64,000 nt of DNA, taken from positions 132,428 to 196,427 of the forward strand of contig CAVTHK010000016.1 of assembly GCA_963734495.1 (NCBI GenBank), read 5' to 3'. This DNA comes from an uncultured Spirochaetota bacterium. GTDB taxonomy: Bacteria > Spirochaetota > Spirochaetia > SZUA-6 > CAVTHK01. How positions within the stretch are numbered: position 1 is the stretch's first letter; every line of letters starts with the position of its first letter. Both the position numbers and the translations under genes were made by a program. The notes under the pieces are model-generated. The model saw only the letters and a program-made list of their open reading frames with translations. It was not told the origin of the DNA and did not search any database. Shown piece by piece: positions 1 through 10,076 of this stretch.

Positions 1-141
1 GCGGAGTGGAGACCTGCTAAGCTCCGAAAGCGTCTGCGGACCGAAGAACGCAGAGTTTGAGCGAATGACGATCGAAGAGAAAGCAACCGTTGGTTGTTTC
101 GTCAAGGCAGTGAACTCGAGGGACTCAGGAAAGGAGCCACT

Positions 142-1389
142 ATGAAGAGAATCTTGGGGATCAGCATGATCTTCGTGCTGATGGTCGGCTTCGTCGCGCT
201 GGCGGAGGGCGGGAAAGAGCCTGCCGCTTCGGCAAAGGCGCCTGTGGAGCTCACGGTGTGGATGGGCAGCTGGTGGAGCGACAAGGCCCCGCTCATCGTC
301 AAGGAGTTCGAGAAGGCCTTCCCGCAGTACAAGCTCAAGCCGGACACGCTGCCGATCAACGGCTACTTCGACAACGCGGTCACGGCGATCCTCGCGGGGA
401 GCCCGCCGGACATCCTCGACATCGACATCACGCAGGTTGCGACCTTTGCGGGCAAGAACCTGCTCACCGACATCACGGCGGACGTCGAGCCCAAGCTCAA
501 GGCCGCTGACTTCGTCAAGACCTGCTGGGACTACAGCCACTTCAAGGGCAAGATGTACGGCATGCCCAACCGCGGCACGGGCGGCGTCTACTTCTACAAC
601 AAGAACATGTTCGACGCGGCCGGCGTCGCGTACCCCACTGACTCCTGGAACTGGGACGACGCGCTCACGATGGCCAAGAAGATCACGGTCCCCGGCCAGA
701 AGTACGGGATCGGGATCGCGGCGGACCTGAGCGACCCCAACAACGTCTGGTCGTCCTTCGCGCCGGTCCTCTGGGGCTTCGGCGGCGAGTTCATGAACGC
801 GGACAGGACCAAGTCGACCATGGACACGCCCAACGCGATCAAGGGGATCACGTACTGGACCGAGCTCCTCACCAAGTGGAAGGTCGCCCCGGAAGGCAGC
901 GTCAACTACACCATCTCGAGGGACTGCGTGCCGCTGTTCCAGGCGAACAAGCTCGCGATGCTGCCCTTCGGTGTGAGCGGCGCCATCACCTTTGATGCCA
1001 CGCCCGGCCTCAAGTGGGGCCTGGTGCAGGTTCCGCTCGGAAACAACCGCGGCGGCGGCTGGACCTACACCGTTCCCGTGTCGGCCAAGCACAAGAAGGA
1101 CGCCATCAACTACCTGCTCTGGTTCGCCAAGCCGGAGATCCAGGCGCCCCTGTGCGCGACGGAGCCGTCGGTGATCGCGGCCTGGAGCATGGCCGCGCCG
1201 TGGAACACGCCGATCTACCTGCAGATGCTCAAAGCCGCCAGGAGCGCAAGGGCGCTGCCGGACACCGCCAAGTGGGGCGAGGCCTCGACCCTCATGATCA
1301 AGGAATTGCAGAAGGGGCTCCAGGGGCAGAAGACCCCCGAGCAGGTCGGCAAGGACATGACGGCCCTCGTCGACCCGATCCTCAAGTAG
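142..1389 (+). CDS. Sugar ABC transporter substrate-binding protein (family-1 extracellular solute-binding, CUT1 type)
   Basis: Track ORF 94..1389 trimmed to ATG 142, which follows AAAGGAG. It has the signal peptide MKRILGISMIFVLMVGFVALAEG. Length and composition are typical of sugar SBPs, and two permease genes follow. Confidence 0.85.
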   Translation: MKRILGISMIFVLMVGFVALAEGGKEPAASAKAPVELTVWMGSWWSDKAPLIVKEFEKAFPQYKLKPDTLPINGYFDNAVTAILAGSPPDILDIDITQVATFAGKNLLTDITADVEPKLKAADFVKTCWDYSHFKGKMYGMPNRGTGGVYFYNKNMFDAAGVAYPTDSWNWDDALTMAKKITVPGQKYGIGIAADLSDPNNVWSSFAPVLWGFGGEFMNADRTKSTMDTPNAIKGITYWTELLTKWKVAPEGSVNYTISRDCVPLFQANKLAMLPFGVSGAITFDATPGLKWGLVQVPLGNNRGGGWTYTVPVSAKHKKDAINYLLWFAKPEIQAPLCATEPSVIAAWSMAAPWNTPIYLQMLKAARSARALPDTAKWGEASTLMIKELQKGLQGQKTPEQVGKDMTALVDPILK

Positions 1390-1413
1390 TGTCAGCGACC
1401 GCGTAGCGTCGTC

Positions 1414-1449
1414 GCGGCCGGTCTCCGCCTCGGAGACCGGCCGCGTTTT
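1414..1449 (+). terminator. GC-rich stem-loop (14-bp perfect stem, 3-nt loop) followed by GTTTT, lying between the SBP and permease genes
   Basis: GCGGCCGGTCTCCG-CCT-CGGAGACCGGCCGC then GTTTTC, read directly. It could be a partial terminator or an mRNA-stabilising hairpin. Confidence 0.5.
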
Positions 1450-1483
1450 CCAGGTACCGCATCCGCCGGATAGCGCGTCCGGG

Positions 1484-2419
1484 GTGGAGGAACACGCGAT
1501 GCCCGACACCTTGACCACGACCGCCCGAAGGCGACTGATCGGCACCCTCCTCGTCCTGCCGTGCACCATCGTGCTGCTGCTCATGATGGCGTACCCCGTG
1601 GTGCAGACCTTCTTCTTCAGCTTTTCCAACATCGAGCTTCCGGGCTTCAAGCTGAGCTTCGCGCGGCTGGACAACTTTGTCAGGGCGTTCACCAAGCCCG
1701 AGGTGAGCGTCGTCATCAGGAACACGATCGTGTGGACGCTCCTGTCCACGTTCTTCCGACTGCTCCTCGGGCTTCTCTGCGCCCTCGTCATGAACGCGAA
1801 CGTGCCGGGGGTCGGGGTCCTCAGGGTCATCGCGCTGCTGCCGTGGACCATGCCGATCATCGTCTCCTCCAACTCCTGGAGGTGGATGCTCGCCAGCGAC
1901 TACGGCGTGATCAACGGCACGCTCAAGGTCCTGGGGCTCGACAAGCTCGCGCTGAACTGGCTGGCGAGCTCGCAGACGGCGCTCGGGTCGGTCCTCGTCG
2001 CCTCGACCTGGGTCGGGTACGCGTTCATCATGATGATGCTGCTCTCCGCGATGCAGGCCCTCTCGAAGGACCTGTACGAGGCGGCGCGCATCGACGGCGC
2101 CCGCGGGTTCCAGCTCTTCCGCTACATAACGCTGCCGGGGATCAGGCCGGTCCTCCTGGTGGTCCTTACGCTGGAGACGATCAGCGCCATCAACGCGTTC
2201 GACATGATCTTCGTAATGACCGGCGGCGGGCCGGGCGGCTCCACCGAGATCATGGGCCTGTTCGTCTACAGGCTGGCGTTCGGCAACTTCGACTTCGGGG
2301 CCGCGTCGGCCGTGAGCGTCGTCTTGATCCTGATAGCGCTGGTGGGCTTCAGCCTGTATGGTCCGGCCCGCGCGATGATCGGCAAGAAGGGCGACGGGAC
2401 CGAGGGCGAAGCCCCGTGA
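1484..2419 (+). CDS. ABC transporter permease (MalF/UgpA-like)
   Basis: 311-aa hydrophobic ORF with an EAA-loop-like segment LYEAARIDGARGFQLFRYITLPGIRP. ATG 1499 is an alternative start. Confidence 0.85.
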   Translation: MEEHAMPDTLTTTARRRLIGTLLVLPCTIVLLLMMAYPVVQTFFFSFSNIELPGFKLSFARLDNFVRAFTKPEVSVVIRNTIVWTLLSTFFRLLLGLLCALVMNANVPGVGVLRVIALLPWTMPIIVSSNSWRWMLASDYGVINGTLKVLGLDKLALNWLASSQTALGSVLVASTWVGYAFIMMMLLSAMQALSKDLYEAARIDGARGFQLFRYITLPGIRPVLLVVLTLETISAINAFDMIFVMTGGGPGGSTEIMGLFVYRLAFGNFDFGAASAVSVVLILIALVGFSLYGPARAMIGKKGDGTEGEAP

Positions 2420-2441
2420 CCGGGTCGAGTGAGGTGACACC

Positions 2442-3290
2442 ATGAGGAAGGCGCGTATTTCAAGCAGGAGGATGCTCTACTACGTCCTGATCTACGGCGC
2501 GGCTTTCCTGATCTGCGTGTGGAGCGTGATCCCGGTCCTCTGGAGCGTGAGCACCTCGCTCAAGCCGGAGGCGGCGATCTTCTCGCAGCCGCCGGCGTGG
2601 ATCCCGGGCGAAGTTTCGTTCGAGCACTATCGGGCGGTGTTCGCGGATCCGAGGATGCTGAGGTACTTCTACAACTCGTTCGTCACCGCGGCGTTGTCCA
2701 CGATCATCGCGCTGATCGTCGGAATCCTCGGCGCCTACGGGTTCTCCCGCTACAAGTTCCCGGGATCCAAGAGCATCATGATCTCGATCCTCCTCACGCG
2801 CATGCTCCCGAGGGTGGCGCTGATCGTCCCGTTCTTCGTCACGCTGCAGAAGATCCACCTCTACAACACGCGTCCCGGCCTCACCCTGGTCTTCCTGATC
2901 ATAACGATGCCGCTCTCGATCTGGCTCCTCAAGGGCTTCTTCGACGGCGTGCCGATCGAGATCGAAGAGGCGGCGATCGTCGACGGGTGCTCCCCGCTCG
3001 GCGTGCTGCTGAGGATCGTCGTCCCCGTCACGCTGCCCGCGATCGGGTCCGTCGGCATGTACGTGTTCATCACGGCGTGGAACGAGTTCCTGTTCGCCTT
3101 GACGATGACCAAGGGGCTGCCGCTGCGGACCATCTCGGTCGGCCTCGCCTTCTTCATCGATGAGTTCGGGATCCGGTGGGGCCAGCTCATGGCCGCGTCG
3201 GTGCTGATGAGCATCCCCGCGATCCTCGTGTTCACGCTCTTCCAGAAGAGCCTGATCAAGGGACTGAGCGAGGGAGCGGTCAAAGGCTAA
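2442..3290 (+). CDS. ABC transporter permease (MalG/UgpE-like)
   Basis: 282-aa hydrophobic ORF with EAA-loop IEEAAIVDGCSPLGVLLRIVVPV. The C-terminal LIKGLSEGAVKG is typical of CUT1 permeases. Confidence 0.85.
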   Translation: MRKARISSRRMLYYVLIYGAAFLICVWSVIPVLWSVSTSLKPEAAIFSQPPAWIPGEVSFEHYRAVFADPRMLRYFYNSFVTAALSTIIALIVGILGAYGFSRYKFPGSKSIMISILLTRMLPRVALIVPFFVTLQKIHLYNTRPGLTLVFLIITMPLSIWLLKGFFDGVPIEIEEAAIVDGCSPLGVLLRIVVPVTLPAIGSVGMYVFITAWNEFLFALTMTKGLPLRTISVGLAFFIDEFGIRWGQLMAASVLMSIPAILVFTLFQKSLIKGLSEGAVKG

Positions 3291-3574
3291 AGTTGAAGGA
3301 AGGCAGGCGGCGGCGGCCCGGCCGGCTAGCGGGGCGCCGCGTGCTCATTCGGGCGGGCGACCGCCCGGCGGGGCACGCCACGCGCGGTCTGCCACTCTGT
3401 CCGGCCGCCTGGATGCGGCTGTCTGCGCCGCTGCCGCCTTCCAGGCCCCCGCGAGGTCTGCCTCTGCGGCAATTCCAGCCGGGCCCGCGCTCGTCTGCCG
3501 CGACGACTTCTCAGGGGGCGACGCACGACGCCCGATACGGCCCGGACGCTCAGGCGACCCGCGGCTGATGGTCT

Positions 3575-4120
3575 CTATCGCGATCTCACGATACGCTTCA
3601 GCAATCCGGCTACATCCTGCGTTACCTTGGCGAGGTCCTCTGCATTCGGCCGTCCACGTATGTCACCCAAGGGACCCATGGTACTGAATTCCTCAGAGCC
3701 GTGAAACTCGCCAACGATGCACCAATCATCCACGACCGTGAAACCCAGGTGGGCGAAGTACTGACCTGCATACTTGCATGCCGGTAGGGCTTCGTCGATC
3801 CCGGTGTGCGGTCCGGAGTAGGTGCAGAATATGAGCGCATTCTTTCCGGGTACCTTCGGGGCGGACGTCTTTATGCGGTCCATCCTGCGGTACTCCGCAA
3901 ATTTCTCCTTGAGAAGTCTATCCACCGGCCCCGGCGGCGACCACTGATAGGCAGGAAATCCGAGGCAAACGAGATCATAGGAGAACCAGTCAAGGTCGCG
4001 GGCTTCCTCCGCTTTCTTGCAGGTCACTCGTGCGCCGTCACCCTCGAGGCTTGACTTGATTGCCAAAGCAACTTTCTCAGTATTGCCAGTCTTGGACCAG
4101 TAGATGACAGCCGCGTCCAT
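3575..4120 (-). CDS. Flavodoxin family protein
   Basis: Track ORF 3575..4156 trimmed to ATG 4120, which follows CAAGGAG. The N-terminal AVIYWSKTGNTEKVA is a flavodoxin FMN-site signature. About 55-60% GC by hand count, lower than its neighbours. Confidence 0.7.
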   Translation of the reverse strand: MDAAVIYWSKTGNTEKVALAIKSSLEGDGARVTCKKAEEARDLDWFSYDLVCLGFPAYQWSPPGPVDRLLKEKFAEYRRMDRIKTSAPKVPGKNALIFCTYSGPHTGIDEALPACKYAGQYFAHLGFTVVDDWCIVGEFHGSEEFSTMGPLGDIRGRPNAEDLAKVTQDVAGLLKRIVRSR

Positions 4121-4386
4121 GAGGACTCCTTGAGGCCCTGGCGGCCCCCGTGACATCAGCTCCGGTCGTGGGTCGGTCGTGCTCCTCTCAGATGGTTGCT
4201 CTCGATGGCTTCTTGCACTATATACCGGTGCGGTGGCTCTCGCGAGTAGCGGCGCGGGACATGCCGCGCGATCGCAGGCCCACTGCGCCTACCGGAAGTG
4301 CTCCGCCTTCGTCAGAGGGCCGCCGCGGTTTTCCGCAACAAAGCGCCTGTCTCGCACTACGTCGGGGAGTCAGCCGGCGAGCCTCG

Positions 4387-5100
4387 CTACCACGGGTACT
4401 CTTCGCCCTTGTAGTCGCGCAGCACAAGCCTGTCCTCGTCCTGCCGGCTCAGGAAGTAGGCGAGAGCGTACCCGGCGGCCTCCTCGGGCTCCAGCGCGGC
4501 CGCTTCGTTCTTGTACCCGTGCATGTAGGAGCGCATGAAGCCCGGGTGATACAGGCGGAAGGTGTACCCCTCCGGCCGCAGGTGGTTGAAGAGGATGCTC
4601 ACCGCCATGTTCAGCGCCGTCTTCGACATGCAGTAGCCGAACCAGGACGTGCGGCGCGAACGGCCGATGCTGCCGGCCTCGGAGGAGACGAAGCACAGGC
4701 GCTTGAGCTCGCTCGCGTCCATCAGCGGCAGCAGCGCCTCGACGACGCGCAGCGGGCCGAGGGTGTTGATGTCGAACTGGCGGTGCATCTCGGCGTAGTT
4801 CTGCGGCTCCCTGATGGTGGGCTTCGAGCTGTCGCTGATGACGCCGGCGTTGTTGATGAGGAGGTCGAGGCGCTCGGCGTGCTGCGCCACGGTCTTCGCG
4901 GCGGCCTGCGTCGATGCGGTGTCGGCCACGTTGAGGGGGACGACGACCAGCCGCTCCGGGGTGCGCTTCTTGAGCGCGGCCAGGTCGGGCCAGTCGGGCA
5001 TGAACTGGCCCGCGAAGACCCGCCAGCCCTGCTCCAGCAGCCGAGCCGCAAGCGCGTGCCCCAGGCCCCGATCGGCCCCCGTGATGAATGCCGTCTGCAT
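4387..5100 (-). CDS. Short-chain dehydrogenase/reductase (SDR)
   Basis: Last 237 codons of the 1046-aa track ORF, with its own ATG at 5100 (MQTAFITGADRGLG). Carries the TGxxxGxG cofactor motif and the YCMSK catalytic motif. Confidence 0.8.
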   Translation of the reverse strand: MQTAFITGADRGLGHALAARLLEQGWRVFAGQFMPDWPDLAALKKRTPERLVVVPLNVADTASTQAAAKTVAQHAERLDLLINNAGVISDSSKPTIREPQNYAEMHRQFDINTLGPLRVVEALLPLMDASELKRLCFVSSEAGSIGRSRRTSWFGYCMSKTALNMAVSILFNHLRPEGYTFRLYHPGFMRSYMHGYKNEAAALEPEEAAGYALAYFLSRQDEDRLVLRDYKGEEYPW

Positions 5101-5123
5101 GAGACCTCCCAAACCCCGCGCGA

Positions 5124-7527
5124 TCACGCCTCGAGCGCGATCGCGAGCTGCCCCTTGACGTGCTCGTAGCTCAGGATCCAGGCGTCGCCCTTGCGCTCGA
5201 GGCTCCGAGCTGCGCCGCCCACGCGGGCGCGCAGCCTGCGATCGAACGCCATCTGCCCCGCGGTCCCCGGCGCCCCCGCGGCCAGGTACTCGCCGCGCGA
5301 GCCGCCGCGGGTGACCTGGCTCGTGGTGTAAAGCAGCTTCGCCTCGGGAAGCGGAAGATTCACCCAGAGGAGGCGGGCTTCCTTCGCCTTCATCTCCAGG
5401 TTTCCCATCGTGGGCAGCGACACTTCGTCGGCCCCGAGCCGGAGGCGCAGCGTCGTGCTCGCGTCCTCGCCGAGGATCGTGGCTGCGGCCAGCAGCGTGG
5501 GGCCTCCGCTGCTCCCGCGTGCCGCGACAAAGACGCTGCCGTCGGCGGCGCGCGCCACCCTCCGCACGCCGCAGCCTTCGACGATCGCCTCGGCAAACAG
5601 GCGCTGCGTCGCTTCGGTGAAGAACGCGGGCACCAGGCCGAGCACCGCGATGCTGCCTCCGCCTGCAGCGCACCCTGTACGCGACGGGCGCGCCCCCATG
5701 GCGCGCGAGCACCGTCGCGCCCGCGGGCGGATCGAAGCACACTACCGGGCTGTCGATGCCCACCTCCCGCTCCCGCGCCGCGTCGATCATGCGGTAGGTC
5801 AGGTCGCCGGCGACCCGCCCGCCTCGCGCGAGAGCGCCGCTGATCCGCTGGCCCGCAAGCTCCGCGAGGCGCGGGAGCGGCGCGCCGTCGAGGTCCACGG
5901 TCGGCACGAGGGGATAGAACAGGACGTCCCCGCCCGCAGCGAGGTGGGCCTCGATGAAGGCGGCGCCCTTCGCACTGAGGGTTCCGTTGTTCGGGACGAT
6001 GAGCAGGCGAGTCTGCGCGCCAGGCTTCCGATTCGGATGGTCGAGGCTCGCGAGCTCGAAGTTGACCGAGAGGTGAGTGAGCACGCGGCAGAGGTCGATG
6101 ACGCTCGCGTTCACGCCGCCGGTCAGCTCGGCCGCGTCGGCGGAGCCCGCCCCCGCGAAGCCTCGCGGCATCTCGATGTGCCGGGCAATCAGCGGCAGGT
6201 CGTCGCAGAGACCGATCGTCACGTCGAAGAGCTTCTCGCCCGCGAGGATCTCCGGCTGCCAGCAGTCGACGAAAGCGTTGACCTCGCGCAGCACTTCGAA
6301 CGGCCTGTTCCGCTGCCCCTCGTGCCCGAGCGCGGTGTTCCAGTCGTACGAGCCGCCGATCTTCCCGAACCCGGGCGCCACGCGGCCGTCGTTGTAGACG
6401 TAGACCGAGTAGCCGTTCATGCCGGAGCCGATCAGCAGCTTCGTCATGATGTCCCAGTTGTAGGAGCCCACCGCGCCCGACGGCACCGTGTACCAGGAAC
6501 CGAGCTCGTAGATCGAAGGCGGCCCCTCGGCCGCCGACATCTTGACCGACTCGATGCGCGCGAGCGTGACGGGAGCGCCGTTGACGTTCTGCTCGCCGCC
6601 GTAGTGGAGGTAGCAGTGGCCGCTGGAGAACATCGGGATCCCCGCGTTCTTCATGAACGCGGCGAACGACGCATGGTCGCCTGAGTTCCAGCCCCAGTAC
6701 CGGTTGATGGGCTCGTTCATGGTGAACGGCAGGTCTAGCCCGAGAGCACGAACGCGATCCGCCAGCCGCCGGATGTACTCGTAGACGTGCCACTTCTTGA
6801 AGCGCAGCCAGTCGAGCGCAAGCCGGTACTCGTCCGCGCTCCCGGCTTTGCCGGAGACCGGCGGGTCGACAGCCTGACCGCCGCGCGCGCCCGCGAGCCA
6901 CCGCTCCCACAATCCGCCCCTGCCGATCACGTGCGGGTCGTACAGCGACCCGGGAACGCCGAAGCTGAAGGTCAGGTTCGGCTCGTTGTCCACCTGCATG
7001 AGGATGATGGGGCCGCCGTTGTCGATGGTGTAGGGCGCGAGCACCTCGATCACGCGCTCGTACCAGCGGAAGACGAGGTCGAGGTAGCGCGGGTCGAGCT
7101 GGCTCGGGACGAAGCCGCCCTCGATGTCGCAGCGGGCAAAGGCGCCGGAGGCTTCCTTCGATTTTACCTCAGGGTGCCTTTCGTAGAGCCACAACGGATG
7201 GCCGCCGCGCGCGAGCTCGGCGTTCACGTACGGGCCTATGCGCGCGAAGAACCAGAGGCCCTGCTTCTTGACGAGATCGAGAAAGGCGCCGAGGTCCCGC
7301 TCCGGGACTCGATCGCCTTTGAAATCGAAGGCGCCCTCTTCGGGCTCGTGCCACTGCCACGGGATGTACGACGCAAGGCAGTTGAGCCCACCGTCCCTGG
7401 CCGCGGCGATGCGCGCGGACCAGTCGCCGCGCGCCATGCGGAAGTAGTGCATCTCGCCCGATCGCAGGAAGCACGGCTTGCCGTCGATCAGGATCTGCCT
7501 GCCGCTGAGGGCGACGCGCCTCGCCAT
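5124..7527 (-). pseudogene. GH35 beta-galactosidase, frame broken once as assembled
   Basis: The N-terminal ~610 codons of ORF 4387..7527 read as GH35 (LRSGEMHYFR, YIPWQWHEPEEGAFDF, MQVDNEPN). The protein continues in ORF 5124..5699 (GGGSIAVLGLVPAFF...LAIALEA) after a break near 5690-5700. Length is 2404 nt = 3n+1. Confidence 0.75.
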
Positions 7528-7530
7528 CGC

Positions 7531-8859
7531 CTACAGCGCCTCGACCGCGAAGCCGAGCACCTTGCCGACGAGCTCGATGTCGCCGCGATGGTGCCCCTTG
7601 GCGAGGATGTAGTGGTGCGACGCGAGCCTGTCCATGAGGCGCCTGCCGTCGGGCACGCGGATGACCGCGCCGTTGAGGCAGTCGGAGTCCTTGAACTGCG
7701 CGTACCCGACGAGAGCCGCCTCGGTCACGGAGGCCTTGTCGAAAGTGGACTCGAGCTTGGCGAGCGTCACGTCGCCTTCGGCCATCCGCGCATCGATCGC
7801 AGTGGCGTTCTCGTTGACGATGCCGAGGACTTTGCGCTTCAGCGTCCACTCGACGGAGAACGAGCGGGGAAGCACCCCGAGGTACCCGCAGTGGGCCGCG
7901 AGGATATGGTTCTCGGGCTCCGCGGCGCACGGGCGGGAAGTCGGGGATCTTCTCGTGCTTGAGCGCGGCCTGACCCATGAGGAAGGGGTAGAGGTTCGTC
8001 ATCATCAGCGGGATGCCGAGGGTCTTGTGCAGCACGTGCTTGGTGAGCATCGAGACGGTGTCGCCTTCGCAGCCCCACATCAGGCCGCGCTCCTCGTAGA
8101 GCATGTTCCACGCGAGGCAGGGTGTCGTGTCTGAAAAATGCGACTCGTTGAGGCAGTTTATCCCGACCGCGACTACGCCTTCGTCGCCGCCGATCTCCTT
8201 TGTCACCGCGAGGTAGACCTTGACGGCGCTCAGCACGCTTTTGTGGGGCATCTGGCCGATCTTCACCTTCGATTTCCATTGGGCCCAGGCCTTTTCCGCC
8301 TCCGCGTCCGGGATCGCCTGCGCGTCCGCGCCGAGCTTCTTGAAGCTGCGCCGCTCTATGGAGATGCCGAACTTCTCGAGCATCCGCTGCGTGCACTCCT
8401 GCTCCCACCAGTAGAAGCGCTTGAAGATGCTGGCCTGGAAGCCTTCGACCTGGATTGTCCTGGAAGACCAGAAGGCGGCTCTTGGCAAGGTCTCGCTTGA
8501 CCGCGAGCGCCTTGCAGAGCGTCTTCGTCTGCTGCGAGGTTGTAAGGGGCGAGCACCTCGACGCCTTTCGAGCGGAGGTAGCTGTTGATCTCCCAGTCCC
8601 ACATCGAGACGGTGCCGAACTCCGAGGTCACGACGAGGATGGGGACGCGGATGGAGCGGAAGTCCGCGAGCCTGCGATAGGCCTCGCCCAGCATCTCCGG
8701 GACGACGACGGCGTCGGCCCCTTCGGTCGACGCGCCCAGGGGCCGCGGGGCGAGGAGCTCCGCCTCTTCGCCGAGCAACCGCTGCAGGACGCCGAGCTGC
8801 GTCGCGAACTCCTTGCTCGCCGTCGCGCCAAAGTACACCGGAGCGATCTTCGCCTTCAT
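7531..8859 (-). pseudogene. L-fucose/L-arabinose isomerase family protein, three frame breaks as assembled
   Basis: N-terminus is in ORF 8356..8859, the middle in the frame of ORF 7169..8872 (EGFQASIFKRFYWWEQ...GINCLNESH...WGCEGD), and the C-terminus in ORF 7531..7875. One-base insertions were resolved near 8517, 8452 and 7927. Confidence 0.7.
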
Positions 8860-8914
8860 CTCTCACCTCCACCGGACGTCGGGCCGGAGGGCCGACGGAT
8901 CGGCCGCCGATCTC

Positions 8915-8942
8915 ATTATCAATGCCTGTTGCCGCATGTCAA
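8915..8942 (-). promoter_or_regulatory. Sigma70-like promoter for the isomerase/GH35/SDR operon: TTGACA-N16-GATAAT
   Basis: On the minus strand, TTGACA is at 8942-8937 and GATAAT at 8920-8915. The RBS GGAGG precedes ATG 8859. Confidence 0.4.
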
Positions 8943-8989
8943 TCACAATCCGCTTAGCTTTCGTTCGTTCACGAATGATCGTGATTGAC
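8938..8989. promoter_or_regulatory. Inverted repeat (13-nt arms, 12/13 match, 26-nt spacer) between divergent promoters; candidate operator
   Basis: GTCAATCACAATC (8938-8950) pairs with GATCGTGATTGAC (8977-8989). The left arm overlaps the -35 of the minus-strand promoter. The right arm lies just upstream of the -35 of the plus-strand promoter. Confidence 0.4.
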
Positions 8990-9000
8990 CGTCGTTTCTG

Positions 9001-9029
9001 TTGACGCGCAGAGGATTCGACGCCATAAT
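9001..9029 (+). promoter_or_regulatory. Sigma70-like promoter TTGACG-N17-CATAAT for the dehydrogenase/kinase/DeoR operon
   Basis: The hexamers were read directly. The -10 ends 10 nt before ATG 9040 and there is no Shine-Dalgarno sequence, which implies a near-leaderless mRNA. Confidence 0.45.
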
Positions 9030-9039
9030 CGCGGCGGAT

Positions 9040-10076
9040 ATGCGAAACGGCAAACTGGGCATCTGCGTGATCGGCGCGGGTCGCGCCGGGATGATCCACG
9101 CGCGCAATTACGCCTCCGGAGTCCGCGGGGCGCAGCTCGTCGCGCTTGTGGATCCGGCGGGCGAGGCGCTCGCGGCCGCCTGCAAGGAGCTGGAGGTGGC
9201 GACGGGCTACCCGGACTATCGCGGCGGCGCTCGCGTCCCGCGACGTCGACGCCGTGGTCGTCGTCGCCCCCACGGTGCTCCACCGCGAAATCGTGATCGC
9301 GGCCGCGCAGGGCGGGCAAGCACGTCTTCTGCGAGAAGCCGATGGCGATGAACGTGGCGGAGTGCGACGAGATGATCGCGGCCTGCAGGTCGGCAAAGGT
9401 CAGGCTGCAGATCGGCTTCATGCGCCGCTTCGACCGCGGCCTCCGCGACGTCAAGCGCCGGCTCGACGCGGGCGAGATCGGCGACGTCGTGCTCGTCAAG
9501 TCCATGACCAGGGGGCCGAGCGTGCCGCAGCGCTGGATGCTCGACCTGCGGAAGAGCAACGGCGTCCTCGCCGAGGTCAACAGCCACGACATCGACACGC
9601 TGCGCTGGTACGCGGCGAGCGACGTCGAGGAGGTGAGCGCGATCGCGGGCAACTACCGCTGCCCCGACGCCAGGACGGAGTTCCCCGATTTCTACGACAC
9701 GTTCGTCCTGACCGCGCGGTTCGCGAGCGGGGCGCTCGGCTGCATCGACGGCGCCGCCTCCGTCGGCTACGGCTACGACGCGCGCGTCGAGGTGCTCGGC
9801 ACGGCCGGCGTCATCCGGGCGGGCGACATCGCCGACGGCTCGGTGACGTCGGTCACCAAGGGCCGCGGCGTCGCGATGCCCGCCGTGAGCAGCTGGAGGA
9901 GCCTCTTCGAGCAGGCCTACCGCGCCGAGGCCGAGGCGTTCGTCCGCTCGGTGCTCGAGGGGTCGGAGCCCGAGGTCACGGGCTACGACGGAAAGATGGC
10001 GGTCGCGGTGGTGAACGCCGGCAACAGGTCGATCGCGGAAAAGAGGGCCGTGAGGCTCGACGAGGTCTCGCGTTGA
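9040..10076 (+). pseudogene. Gfo/Idh/MocA family oxidoreductase, two frame breaks as assembled
   Basis: Carries the Rossmann motif KLGICVIGAGRAGMIHA and the FCEKPMA motif. The frames run 1 to 2 to 3 through ORFs 9001.., 9146.. and 9342..10076. An extra G was resolved near 9222 and another near 9310. Confidence 0.75.

Noticed and set aside
3291-3574. 284-bp GC-rich gap after the first ABC locus, considered as an RNA gene or terminator
   Set aside because: It contains only imperfect GC pairings without a T-tract. I saw no repeat or conserved-looking structure.
4387-7527. 1046-aa ORF that looks like a giant GH35-SDR fusion protein
   Set aside because: The middle ~200 codons are Arg/Gly/Pro-rich out-of-frame read-through. 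The SDR has its own ATG at 5100. The true GH35 C-terminus lies in another frame (ORF 5124..5699).
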